Notes under the pieces: generated by a model
Databases searched by the model: none
Told to the model about the DNA's origin: nothing
Seen by the model: the letters and a program-made list of their open reading frames with translations, nothing else
DNA from: an uncultured delta proteobacterium
GTDB lineage: Bacteria > Desulfobacterota > Desulfobacteria > Desulfobacterales > UBA11574
Reading direction: 5' to 3'
Assembly (NCBI GenBank): GCA_963790095.1
Contig: CAWBNO010000022.1
Span: 1,985 to 65,984, forward strand
Length of the DNA: 64,000 nt
Translations under genes and position numbers: made by a program
In this document: positions 18,962 to 28,361 of the stretch, one piece after another
How positions within the stretch are numbered: the first letter of the stretch is position 1
How the letters are laid out: each line of letters starts with the position of its first letter

Positions 18962-19150
18962 TAAAGAATCCGGGCCCAGAGGAGCCCGGCTTTGGGTTAC
19001 CCCTAAAGTGAGCTAAAATGCCTAAAGTCTGGTTAGCGGATAGCGCGTTGTCCGGCGCAGATCACGGGCTAACAGAGCGATAGGGCCAAAGGCACAACCT
19101 TCAACTTTAGCTCACTTTAGTTCACTTCAAACTTTAGTCGCTTTCCAAGC
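18962..19150 (+). repeat. Hairpin repeat family G copy 2
   Basis: aaagaatccgggcccagaggagcccggctttggg + cctaaagtgagctaaaatgcctaaagtctggttagcgg...cgggctaac...ctttagctcactttagttcacttcaaacttt. Confidence 0.75.
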
Positions 19151-19396
19151 TGACCGGAGATCTGCAGGCTCGCCGCAATATCGGAACTGATCTGGCTCTA
19201 AGAACCAGGTTTTTAACAACCCAATAGATGTTACAAGCCACCGTTATGTGTCTTACATAGAAAGTCTAAATATCAAATATGGTACTGTTAAGCAAGATGC
19301 TCTGTAAACAAAAAAATAAATTGACATTATCCCCTAAATAGATAATTTTTATGGTTTTAAGTATTTAATTGCAATCTGAACAAAAGAGATAACACA

Positions 19397-19771
19397 ATGA
19401 TCGAACTCAACTTCAAAAAAATGGGTGGATTGATACCTGCTGTTGTTCAAGATTATAAAACCGGAGAGGTATTGATGCTGGCGTTTATGAATCAAGCGGC
19501 TTGGGAAGCCACACTCGCCACCGGAAAAGCCACATATTACAGCCGTACCCGGCAGGAGCTTTGGATAAAAGGAAAAACATCCGGCAATATGCAAATAATC
19601 AAAGAAATAAGAATCGACTGTGACGATGATACCGTGGTTTTGAAAGTCGATCAGGTGGGCGGTGCGGCCTGCCACACCGGCCATAAAAGCTGTTTTTATA
19701 AAAAGGTTGACGATGGATCCGTCCGGATTGTTGGAAAACCGATATTTAATCCCGAGGAGGTATATAAATAA
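19397..19771 (+). CDS. hisI: Phosphoribosyl-AMP cyclohydrolase
   Basis: 124 aa: [22 protein letters not shown]...[18 protein letters not shown]. Confidence 0.9.
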   Translation: MIELNFKKMGGLIPAVVQDYKTGEVLMLAFMNQAAWEATLATGKATYYSRTRQELWIKGKTSGNMQIIKEIRIDCDDDTVVLKVDQVGGAACHTGHKSCFYKKVDDGSVRIVGKPIFNPEEVYK

Positions 19772-20647
19772 ATGAAACGGCCCTTAAAATTGGGAATTCC
19801 AAAGGGAAGCCTGCAAAACGCGACCATAGACCTGTTCAGGCGATCTGGATGGAAGATCAATGTCAACGGAAGAAGTTATTTCCCTGAAATCAACGATGAT
19901 ACCATCGAGTGTACGTTGTGCAGGGCCCAGGAAATGTCCGGACATGTTGAAAACGGTACCCTCGATGCCGGATTGACCGGTAAGGACTGGATCGCTGAAA
20001 ACAAATCCGATGTCCATGTGATCACCGACCTCATCTATTCAAAGGTGAGTGCAAGACCTGCAAGATGGGTACTGGCGGTGACACACGATTCTCCCATTCA
20101 AAAACTCGAGGATCTTCAGGGTAAAAAAATATCCACCGAACTTGTGGAATTTACCAAAAACTATTTTTCCGAACGTAAAATAGATGTAAACGTTGAATTT
20201 TCCTGGGGAGCCACGGAAGCAAAAGTCGTTTCCGGCCTTGCCGATGCCATCGTGGAAGTCACTGAGACCGAAAGTACCATTAAGGCTCACGGACTCAAAA
20301 TTATCCATGAATTGATGCAGACCAATACCCAGTTCATCGCCAATCATGAAATCTGGAAGAATCCCGAGAAAAGAGAAAAGCTGGAACAGATCGCCCTTTT
20401 ATTGAAGGGGGCTCTTGCAGCGGAGAAACTGGTGGGCCTTAAAATGAATACTCCGGATAAATACCTCAAAACGATTGTTTCTCTGCTTCCAAGCCTGAAT
20501 GCACCCACAGTCGCCCCCCTTTACGACTCGGATTGGTTTTCCGTGGAAACGGTGGTGGGATCCAATGTTGTAAGGGACCTTATCCCAAAGCTTTTGAAGC
20601 ATGGCGCCGAAGGCATTATAGAATATCCGTTGAACAAAGTCGTGTAA
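19772..20647 (+). CDS. hisG: ATP phosphoribosyltransferase, long form
   Basis: 291 aa: [11 protein letters not shown]...DAGLTGKDW, with a C-terminal regulatory domain. Confidence 0.9.
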   Translation: MKRPLKLGIPKGSLQNATIDLFRRSGWKINVNGRSYFPEINDDTIECTLCRAQEMSGHVENGTLDAGLTGKDWIAENKSDVHVITDLIYSKVSARPARWVLAVTHDSPIQKLEDLQGKKISTELVEFTKNYFSERKIDVNVEFSWGATEAKVVSGLADAIVEVTETESTIKAHGLKIIHELMQTNTQFIANHEIWKNPEKREKLEQIALLLKGALAAEKLVGLKMNTPDKYLKTIVSLLPSLNAPTVAPLYDSDWFSVETVVGSNVVRDLIPKLLKHGAEGIIEYPLNKVV

Positions 20648-20657
20648 GGTAAAAAAA

Positions 20658-21827
20658 ATGACATCAAATCGAACCAAAGAAATGACCCCTTTCATTGCCA
20701 TGGAAGTTCTGGAGAAAGCCCATGAAATGGAACGCCGAGGTGTTCATGTGATCCACCTGGAAGTGGGCGAGCCCGATTTTGACACCCCCAGATGCATCAA
20801 GGAGGCCGCCTGCAAAGCACTCGACAACGGCCATACCCATTATACCCACAGTCTGGGCATGATCGAACTCAGAGAAGCCATCAGTGAGCATTATTCAACG
20901 ACATATGGCGTATCGGTGGATCCTGACCAGATCGTGATATCGTCCGGTACGTCGCCGGCGATGTTTGTTATGTTCTCCACGCTTTTGGAAAAAGGAGACC
21001 AGGTCATTGTCTCTGACCCCCATTATGCCTGCTATCCCAATTTTATAAGGTTCGTCCAGGGCCATCCGGTGTTCGTACCGGTTTATGAGGAAGACGGCTT
21101 TCAATACCGACCCAAGGCCATTGAAAAAAAGATAACGCCCAACACAAAAGGAATATTTATCAACTCCCCGTCCAACCCCACCGGAAACCTCCTTTCCAAG
21201 GAGCGCATGGCGGCCATTGCCGAGTTGTCGTTAAAACCGGATTCACCGTATATTATCTCGGATGAAATCTATCATGGTCTGGTTTATGAGGGGAAAGAAC
21301 ACTCTATTTTGGAATTTACAAAAAAGGCATTTGTATTCAACGGTTTCTCAAAACTATATGCCATGACCGGGTTAAGACTTGGATACATGATCGCTCCGAA
21401 ACATTTTATGCGATCCATCCAAAAGATTCAGCAAAACTTCTTCATTTCCGCCAATGCGATGGTTCAGGTGGCGGGAATCGCCGCCCTTAAAGAAGCCGGA
21501 GAAGATATCTCACGCATGAAGCGAATTTACAATGAGCGAAGGCAATACATGATCCGTCGCCTAAAAGATATGGGACTCGGAATTACCGTGGAACCGACAG
21601 GGGCTTTTTATGTATTTGCAAATGCAAAACACATCTCCGGCGATTCGTATAAACTCGCCTTTGATATTCTCGAAAAAGCCCACGTCGGGGTGACGCCGGG
21701 CATCGATTTTGGTAAAAACGGCGAGGGCTACCTTCGATTTTCATATGCTACTTCGATGGAAAATATTACCGAGGGATTGAACCGACTGGAGAACTACCTA
21801 AAACATTATGATCATAAAATCGGCTGA
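20658..21827 (+). CDS. Class I/II pyridoxal-phosphate aminotransferase (aspartate-aminotransferase-like)
   Basis: 389 aa with SNPTGN and the FSKLYAMTGLRLGY lysine motif. Confidence 0.85.
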   Translation: MTSNRTKEMTPFIAMEVLEKAHEMERRGVHVIHLEVGEPDFDTPRCIKEAACKALDNGHTHYTHSLGMIELREAISEHYSTTYGVSVDPDQIVISSGTSPAMFVMFSTLLEKGDQVIVSDPHYACYPNFIRFVQGHPVFVPVYEEDGFQYRPKAIEKKITPNTKGIFINSPSNPTGNLLSKERMAAIAELSLKPDSPYIISDEIYHGLVYEGKEHSILEFTKKAFVFNGFSKLYAMTGLRLGYMIAPKHFMRSIQKIQQNFFISANAMVQVAGIAALKEAGEDISRMKRIYNERRQYMIRRLKDMGLGITVEPTGAFYVFANAKHISGDSYKLAFDILEKAHVGVTPGIDFGKNGEGYLRFSYATSMENITEGLNRLENYLKHYDHKIG

Positions 21828-22407
21828 TTTTGTTAAAAGCGCTGTTAAACCATCCCACTATCCCCCTGGGACTTTACCGGAAATCGCGTTTACGGGACGA
21901 TCCAATGTGGGAAAATCTTCTCTGATCAACACCCTCGTAAACCGTAAACGTTTGGTAAAAACCAGCTCAACACCCGGTCGCACCCAACTCATCAATTTTT
22001 TTAACATAAACAATGCGTTCTCGTTTGTTGACCTTCCGGGATTCGGATACGCCAAAGTTCCGGAATCCATAAAAAGAACCTGGGGACCCATGGTTGAGAC
22101 GTACCTGTTAAACCGAAAAACATTAAAAGGCGTCGTGCTCATCATGGACATTCGTCGCATGCCCGGAACCCATGAACTCGATTTTATTGAATGGCTTCGT
22201 TACCACACGATTCCCACCATTCTCATCCTGACAAAGGCGGATAAGCTCTCCAAGTCAAAACAGATGAACCAGCATATTGCCATCACAAAAATCCTGGGAA
22301 CCCATCACGACGACCTGATCTTGTTCTCAGCCAAAACCCGCATGGGAAAAGATGCGACCTGGGCTGAAATTGAACAGTTGATCGATGACAACCTGAATCT
22401 TGGATGA
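21808..22407 (+). CDS. engB: Ribosome-biogenesis GTPase EngB/YsxC/YihA
   Basis: PEIAFTGRSNVGKSSLINTL, DLPGFGYAKV and TKADKL motifs. Confidence 0.9.
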   Translation: MIIKSADFVKSAVKPSHYPPGTLPEIAFTGRSNVGKSSLINTLVNRKRLVKTSSTPGRTQLINFFNINNAFSFVDLPGFGYAKVPESIKRTWGPMVETYLLNRKTLKGVVLIMDIRRMPGTHELDFIEWLRYHTIPTILILTKADKLSKSKQMNQHIAITKILGTHHDDLILFSAKTRMGKDATWAEIEQLIDDNLNLG

Positions 22408-22555
22408 AAATTAATGAGAATCTTTAGGTTAGTTGATTGAAGAGGGTTTAAGAAAGATTACAATATCGTACATTTTACCCGCATGGCATACCCGCCTGCC
22501 TCTGCGAGACACGAGGGGGCAGGTCGGATGAGGATCTTTTTTCTCATTAATTTTC
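22406..22555. repeat. Hairpin element (singleton S2) with a 15-bp perfect terminal inverted repeat GAAAATTAATGAGAA/TTCTCATTAATTTTC
   Basis: Read directly. It starts within the engB stop codon. The centre carries cccgcctgcctctgcgagacacgagggggcagg, a motif related to parts of family E and S3. Confidence 0.7.
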
Positions 22556-22587
22556 ACGCAAAATTCAGGTACGAACCGTTTAAATAA

Positions 22588-22945
22588 GAAAAACGTCTCG
22601 GAAATTCTGCAATTGTTTGAAAAAATAGGATATTTTTTGAGGCTTTAACGCTTGCCTCAAAAATGGAATAATGGAATAGTGGAATACTGGAAGATTGGTT
22701 TTTAAAAGGATATTTGCCATTTTAATTTTATCGTCAACACAAATTTTACCATTAACCCGATATAGCATTATGCCAGAACCCACTATTCCATTATTCCAGC
22801 ATTCCACCATTCCAATTGGGCCTGCCCGCTCGTGCCCCAGGCCGCCTCGCCTTGCCCGTCCGCCATGGGCTTCGCCTCTGGCGAATGCCGGGCAGTCTTG
22901 GCTGGCGGCGAGCTTGCAATGGCAGGCGGGGCGAAGCCCCTAAGT
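22588..22945 (+). repeat. Repeat family E copy 2, full length (tail, GGAAT arms, ~95-bp centre, GC module 22816-22941)
   Basis: acgtctcggaaattctgcaattg...ggaataatggaatagtggaatactgg...ccactattccattattccagcattccaccattccaattgggcctgcccgctcgtgcc...ggcggggcgaagcccc. Confidence 0.9.
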
Positions 22946-22965
22946 TCTGGTTAACAAGGATTTAC

Positions 22966-23874
22966 ATGTCAGATATAAAGGAAAATTTTCCGGAATTTAA
23001 ATCCGGATTCGTGGCCATTGTGGGTGCACCGAATGTGGGGAAATCGACCCTTCTAAATCAGATTCTGGGCGAAAAGATTTCAATTACTTCCAAAAAACCA
23101 CAAACCACACGGAACCGGATACTGGGTGTCGTTCATCGGCCCGGGTCTCAACTTATTTTCTTAGATACACCGGGGGTCCATAAGGCCAAACGCCCGTTGA
23201 ACATCCGAATTGTGGAGACAGCCCTTTCAGCACTGGAAAATGTAGATATTGTCCTTGTCCTGATCGATGTGTCCAATCCGGATACTGAATCAGAAGCTTT
23301 TATGGTAAAGAAACTACAAGAAATAAAACGGCCGGTTGTCCTGGTCCTTAACAAAATAGATCTCATAAAAAAGCCTGCGCTCCTGGCCATTATGGACCAT
23401 TGGACGAAATTTCACCCATTTAAGGCCATCATACCGATTTCCGCAATACTTGGGGATCAGGTGGAAGAACTCATTAAGGCCATCGAGGCGTTACTGCCAA
23501 CAGGACCTGCCTATTTTCCCGAAGAAACCCTCACCGATTTGCCGGAACGTTTTATCGCCGCTGAAATGATTCGTGAAAAGGTTTTTCGCTTAACCGGACA
23601 GGAAATACCGTATTCCACAGCCGTCACTGTGGAGTCATTTTCCGAAAAGAAAAAAGGATCCCTGGTAAAAATTGATGCAACCATTCATGTTGAGCGCAGT
23701 TCACAAAAAGGTATGGTTATCGGAAAAAACGGGAGCCGGCTGAAAATGATCGGCACAGAGGCCAGAAAAGAGATCGAACGGATGCTGGGTGCAAAGGTCT
23801 TTCTAAAACTTTTTGTCCGGGTCCATAAAAACTGGAGTAAAGACACAAAAGCCCTTAGAAGATTTGGTTACTGA
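22966..23874 (+). CDS. era: GTPase Era
   Basis: MSDIKENFPEFKSGFVAIVGAPNVGKSTLLN..., with a KH domain at the C-terminus. The start is reset to ATG 22966; the track start at 22816 lies inside repeat E2. Confidence 0.9.
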   Translation: MSDIKENFPEFKSGFVAIVGAPNVGKSTLLNQILGEKISITSKKPQTTRNRILGVVHRPGSQLIFLDTPGVHKAKRPLNIRIVETALSALENVDIVLVLIDVSNPDTESEAFMVKKLQEIKRPVVLVLNKIDLIKKPALLAIMDHWTKFHPFKAIIPISAILGDQVEELIKAIEALLPTGPAYFPEETLTDLPERFIAAEMIREKVFRLTGQEIPYSTAVTVESFSEKKKGSLVKIDATIHVERSSQKGMVIGKNGSRLKMIGTEARKEIERMLGAKVFLKLFVRVHKNWSKDTKALRRFGY

Positions 23875-24725
23875 TGATTCTGTCCTATCACCCCTGCTTT
23901 GAAGGTGAGAAAAACTTACTCTGCGCCGGGCGGGAGCCTGGAGCCGATGACCTTGATGCAATCAGGGCCGCCGATGCCGTTATCCTGCCCCAGGGATGCT
24001 ATCAATCCCTCTACGAAATGGCACGCAAAAACTGCAAACATGTTTTTCCAAATTTTGATGCACGGTTTAATTATAAGGGAAAGATCGGACAGATTCAGCT
24101 TTTTCGAGAAAAAAATGCGCCCCATCCAAAAACTGAAACCCATATAAATATCGACACATTTTCCATAAAATACGGTGAAATATCCCCAAAACCCCCTTTC
24201 GATTTTCCCTTTGTATTCAAATTCGACTGGGGCGGAGAGGGAGATCATGTCTTTTTGATAAAATCGCCTGAGGATTTTCTGAGGATCCTACAAACTGCCA
24301 AGAAATTTGAAAACAGCAACCAAAAGGGATTTATCCTTCAGGAATATATTCCTTCGGAAAACCGATCGCTGAGAGTTGTTATTATCGGACAGACCATGGT
24401 TTCCTACTGGCGGATTCAGCATGAAATAGAAAGTTTTACATCAAATATTGCCAAAGGGGCGGTTGTCGATTTTGACGCTGACCCGGAGCTGCAGAAAGAA
24501 GCCGTCAAATCCGTAAAAGATTTTTGCCTCCGGACGGGAATCGATCTGGCCGGTTTTGATATCCTTTTTTCATCCGGTGCTGGAGTTAACACACCTCTTT
24601 TTTTGGAAATAAACTACTTTTTTGGAAGACGCGGCCTTGGAGGATCAGAAAAATTTTATGGGATATTAAACAGAGAAATCGTAAAATGGATAGACCGTAT
24701 TGGGTTCTCGAAAAAATACCCATAA
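23874..24725 (+). CDS. ATP-grasp domain protein (RimK-like fold), function unknown
   Basis: 283-aa ORF overlapping the era stop by 1 nt. The ATP-grasp-like central and C-terminal region is recognised by resemblance only. Confidence 0.6.
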   Translation: MILSYHPCFEGEKNLLCAGREPGADDLDAIRAADAVILPQGCYQSLYEMARKNCKHVFPNFDARFNYKGKIGQIQLFREKNAPHPKTETHINIDTFSIKYGEISPKPPFDFPFVFKFDWGGEGDHVFLIKSPEDFLRILQTAKKFENSNQKGFILQEYIPSENRSLRVVIIGQTMVSYWRIQHEIESFTSNIAKGAVVDFDADPELQKEAVKSVKDFCLRTGIDLAGFDILFSSGAGVNTPLFLEINYFFGRRGLGGSEKFYGILNREIVKWIDRIGFSKKYP

Positions 24726-25045
24726 AGAATCCGGGCCCAGAGGATCCGGCGTTTGTTTTACCCCATAGGAAATTTGCTTTGTTGAAAGTTCATTGAATTA
24801 TTAAAATTACAAATATCAAATGACAAATATCAAACAATGTCCAATGACCGAAATTCGAAAATCCAAACAATGTTTCGTCCTGGAAGGTTTTGGTCATTGA
24901 ATATTGGAATTTGTGATTTATTTGTAATTTGGTGCTTGGAATTTGTGATTTTAGACACAAAACTCCAAGGCAAAGCCATTATCTCTCTGACTCCAGTAAT
25001 ACGGGACATGCATGGCATAGAGGACCAGATTTTTCAAGATTAAAC
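24724..25045 (+). repeat. Hairpin repeat family A copy 3, with 3' extension reaching the HNH gene
   Basis: Near-identical to copy 1 through ...gccattatctct..gactc...atacgggaca...caagattaaa. Confidence 0.9.
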
Positions 25046-25057
25046 AAAAGACATAAC

Positions 25058-25360
25058 ATGGAGCCATTTGCATATAATCTGGAGGAGAAAGACATCAAAA
25101 GGGAGCGCCGCAAGGCCAGAGAACTCCGGAACTCCCAGTGGTGGAAACGTCGGTGTGCCAAGGGCGTCTGCCACTACTGCGGAGGCTCTGTTCCGCCCAC
25201 GGAACTGACCATGGACCATATTGTGCCGATCTCCCGAGGCGGCCGGACCACCAAAGGGAACGTGGTCACTGCTTGCAAGGATTGCAACAACGCCAAAAAA
25301 CAGCTTCTCCCCATTGAATGGGAACAATACTTAATAGACCTCCGGACGGATACCGGGTAA
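25058..25360 (+). CDS. Small stand-alone HNH endonuclease
   Basis: [11 protein letters not shown]...[44 protein letters not shown]. The start is reset to ATG 25058; the track start lies in the repeat. Confidence 0.8.
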   Translation: MEPFAYNLEEKDIKRERRKARELRNSQWWKRRCAKGVCHYCGGSVPPTELTMDHIVPISRGGRTTKGNVVTACKDCNNAKKQLLPIEWEQYLIDLRTDTG

Positions 25361-25369
25361 AAAACGAAC

Positions 25370-25585
25370 ATAGGGGCTTTGCCCCGACTGGACTATTGCA
25401 AGACTCGCCAGCCAGCCAAGAACTGCCGGCATTCTGCCAGAGGCGAAGCCCATGGCGGACGGGCAAGGCGAGGCGGCCTGGGGCACGAGCGGGCAGGCCC
25501 AAATGGAATGGTGGAAGTGGCATAAACCAGGCGCTATTAAAAAATCTTTAATTTCAAAAAATTGTAGATTTTCGGAGACGTTAGG
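25370..25585 (-). repeat. Repeat family E copy 3 (GC module 25373-25502 plus tail; GGAAT arms largely missing)
   Basis: ggggctttgcccc...gccagaggcgaagcccatggcggacgggcaaggcgaggcggcctggggcacgagcgggcaggccc...aattgtagattttcggagacgtt. Confidence 0.85.
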
Positions 25586-25595
25586 AGTGCGTTGT

Positions 25596-26492
25596 ATGCG
25601 TATCGTAACCAGACCAGACTTTGACGGCGTGGTATGTGCTGCGCTTCTGTATGAAGCGGAAAATGTAACAAAACCTGTGAAATGGGTCGAACCCAATGAC
25701 ATGCAAAGGGGCCTGATCGACGTTCAAGAGGGGGATATCATCGCAAACCTGCCCTATCACAAGGGATGCTCCCTCTGGTTTGACCATCACCATACCAATA
25801 GAATCGATACGCCGTTCAAGGGTGTTTTCAAGATTGCACCTTCGGCGGCCGGCGTTATTTTTGAACATTACAAAGACCGATTTACCCGTGATTATAGGGA
25901 ATTAATCAAAGAAACAGACAAAATCGATTCCGCCGATTTATCTTTGGATGAAGTGCTGTATCCTGAAAACTACGATTATATTTTGCTCTCCATGACGATT
26001 TTGGGTCGGGACGACGATGGTGAGCCCTATTGGAACCGGCTTGTCGATCTACTCAGAAAATATGACATCAACACGGTTTTTGAAGATCCGGAGGTGAAGG
26101 CACGTTGCAGTGGCGCTGTTGAAGACAACAAGAAATATAAATCCATTTTGAAAGAACATACGAAATTGAAAGGACACGTATCCATTACAGATTTTCGTGG
26201 GTTCGATAAAGCACCGGAGGGCAATCGTTTTTTGGTCTATTCCATGTATTCCGAAGCGGTGGTGAGTGTTAAAATATTTTATGACGGCGATGATAAAGAA
26301 AAAGTCGCCGTAAGTGTGGGGCACAGTATTTTTAATCGAAATTGCAATGTGAATGTAGGGCTGATGCTCTCAGGGTTTGAAGGCGGCGGGCATCGTGGCG
26401 CAGGGTCCTGCAGGTTCCACGTCAGCAAGTCGGAAGATTATATCCCCAAGATTATAGACATCTTGTTGAAGAATGAAAACAACGAGAATTAA
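25596..26492 (+). CDS. DHH-superfamily phosphoesterase (NrnB/exopolyphosphatase-related type)
   Basis: MRIVTRPDFDGVVCAALL, DHHH and GGGH (FEGGGHRGAGS) motifs. The start is reset to ATG 25596. Confidence 0.75.
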   Translation: MRIVTRPDFDGVVCAALLYEAENVTKPVKWVEPNDMQRGLIDVQEGDIIANLPYHKGCSLWFDHHHTNRIDTPFKGVFKIAPSAAGVIFEHYKDRFTRDYRELIKETDKIDSADLSLDEVLYPENYDYILLSMTILGRDDDGEPYWNRLVDLLRKYDINTVFEDPEVKARCSGAVEDNKKYKSILKEHTKLKGHVSITDFRGFDKAPEGNRFLVYSMYSEAVVSVKIFYDGDDKEKVAVSVGHSIFNRNCNVNVGLMLSGFEGGGHRGAGSCRFHVSKSEDYIPKIIDILLKNENNEN

Positions 26493-26504
26493 GATTGATA
26501 GTCC

Positions 26505-26609
26505 TGTGAAAAGTAAAAAGTTAAACGTGAAAAGTCTATATGTTGTTTAATATTGCCTCTTAATGTACTAAATGTAGTCGTTTTACATTTCACGTTTCAC
26601 TTTTTACAA
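26505..26609 (+). repeat. Hairpin repeat family K copy 1 (GTGAAA/GTAAAA-type arms)
   Basis: gtgaaaagtaaaaagttaaacgtgaaaagtctatatgttgtttaatattgcctcttaatgtactaaatgtagtcgttttacatttcacgtttcactttttac. The reverse complement recurs at 31583-31693. Confidence 0.9.
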
Positions 26610-26614
26610 ATTTA

Positions 26615-27979
26615 TCAAGGTTGAACTTTAAGTGAACCTTGGTCGACCGTCAGTTTCTTAAGGTTGGAAATTGTTTTCCAGGAAAAGGGGTCTTTCCCAC
26701 AGGGTAATAGGGCATTGTTCGTAAATACAGGGTCAGCTTCCAGATCGTATCGCGAGGATGCAACCGCCCGGCGCCACAGCGCTGTCTGGGGGATCGGCGT
26801 GTAATAGGCCAGGATCGGGTCTATTCCGTTTTGTCTGACGATTTCGATGGAACTCTCTATGGACGCTATCTTTTGTCCGGGGAGACCGACCAGCAGGTAT
26901 GCGCCCAATCCACCTTTGTCAAAACCCGCCGCTTTCAGACAGGTAACAGCGCTTTTAAATTCTTCGGCAGTTACCTTTCCATCCAATTCTTCTCTTTTTT
27001 CAAAAGCGGTCGTCTCGAGCCCGAGGCGAAGTGTCTTGAAACCTGCTTGAAACATCAAGGCTGCTGTCTGTTTCGAAATTCCGCGGATATGAACCGCATT
27101 GGGGGTATGGAAACGGACGTCAAGACCGGCATCGATAATCTTTTCGAACATGGGAACCGCATGCATTTCCGAATCGACAAGGAGTGCGTCGTCGTAGAAT
27201 ACAAAATCTTTTACCGCATACCGTTTATGCCAGTAAGTTATTTCTTCCACCACGGATTCGGGACTCCGCAACATTCTTTTTGGATTCAACACATGGGAGG
27301 CACAATATTTACAGGAAAACGGACATCCTTTGGATGTCAGCAGCGGCACATAGTTTATCTTTGTTTGAAGATCAAATGCCGGATAAGGGTATGTATCGAG
27401 ATCATCCGGGTCAAACTTGGGATTTACGGGTGCCCCGGTATAGTCACCGACCAGATCGAGGATATATTCCTCACCGGCTCCTGTTGTTACCCGGTCTGCA
27501 CCTGAATGGATTGTGGCATGCTCCGACCAAAGGCTGGCATATATGCCTCCCAGCACAATGGCCACATCCGGAAAAACCTCTTTTAAAACCCCAATGGTTT
27601 CCTGTATGCCCGGATACCAGTAGGTCATCATGGACGTCATGAGCACAAGATCGGGTCGGTGTATGGAAATGAGATCTTTCATGAACCATTCTTTCCGGAC
27701 ACCGTATCTGGAATAGTTCCGCGGAATGTCTTCCAGGCCGGGGGGATTTGGAATTAGGGTCTTAAGGTAGGGCCCCCGGCCGTATCTGGCATAAGGATCT
27801 GCAAAAGACGCCTCCGGATGAAAACGATCCAGGCAGTCCATGTATGTAATGGCAAATCCATGATCCCGAAGTATCGCTGCCAAGGTAAGAAGTCCCAATG
27901 GTTTGGCCCAGAAATCATACGCCGCAAAATCGTGTATCCAAGGATTTACCAGAAGTATGTGGGGGGTATCAGGCTTCAC
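26615..27979 (-). CDS. B12-binding-domain radical SAM enzyme
   Basis: 454 aa with an N-terminal B12-binding-like domain (ILLVNPW...) and the CPFSCKYC radical SAM cluster motif. Confidence 0.8.
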   Translation of the reverse strand: MKPDTPHILLVNPWIHDFAAYDFWAKPLGLLTLAAILRDHGFAITYMDCLDRFHPEASFADPYARYGRGPYLKTLIPNPPGLEDIPRNYSRYGVRKEWFMKDLISIHRPDLVLMTSMMTYWYPGIQETIGVLKEVFPDVAIVLGGIYASLWSEHATIHSGADRVTTGAGEEYILDLVGDYTGAPVNPKFDPDDLDTYPYPAFDLQTKINYVPLLTSKGCPFSCKYCASHVLNPKRMLRSPESVVEEITYWHKRYAVKDFVFYDDALLVDSEMHAVPMFEKIIDAGLDVRFHTPNAVHIRGISKQTAALMFQAGFKTLRLGLETTAFEKREELDGKVTAEEFKSAVTCLKAAGFDKGGLGAYLLVGLPGQKIASIESSIEIVRQNGIDPILAYYTPIPQTALWRRAVASSRYDLEADPVFTNNALLPCGKDPFSWKTISNLKKLTVDQGSLKVQP

Positions 27980-28009
27980 AAGTTAACGGGTCGAAGAGGT
28001 TTTCAAACA

Positions 28010-28358
28010 CAAGTTAGGGGCTTCGCCCCGCCTGCCATTGCAAGCTCGCCCGCCAGCCAAGACTGCCCGGCATTCGCCAGAGGCGAAGCCCATGGCGGAC
28101 GGGCAAGGCGAGGCGGCCTGGGGCACGAGCGGGCAGGCCCAATTGGAATGCTGGAATAATGGAATCATGGGTTCTGGGATAATGCAATGTTGGGTTAATG
28201 GTGGAGTTTGTGTTGACGATAAAATTAAAATGGCTAATATCCTTTTAACAACCAATCTTCCAGTATTCCACTATTCCATTATTCCATATTCGAGCCAAGC
28301 TTTCAAGTCTCAAAAAATGTCCTATATTTTCATTAAGTTGAAGAAATTCCGAGACGTT
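28010..28358 (-). repeat. Repeat family E copy 4, full length, inverted relative to copy 2 (GC module 28016-28142)
   Basis: The GC module is the reverse complement of the copy-2 module except for one extra nucleotide. The centre and arms are about 90% similar by eye. Confidence 0.9.
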
Positions 28359-28361
28359 CAT

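Noticed and set aside
22695-22965. N-terminal extensions and ORFs through family-E GC modules (22816 start for era, 25452 start for the DHH gene, 11308..11577, 25266..25702, 27983..28255)
   Set aside because: The Ala/Pro/Arg/Gly-rich translations come from the GC module. A single-nt indel between copies shifts the frame without consequence. The genuine gene starts with ribosome-binding sites lie downstream.
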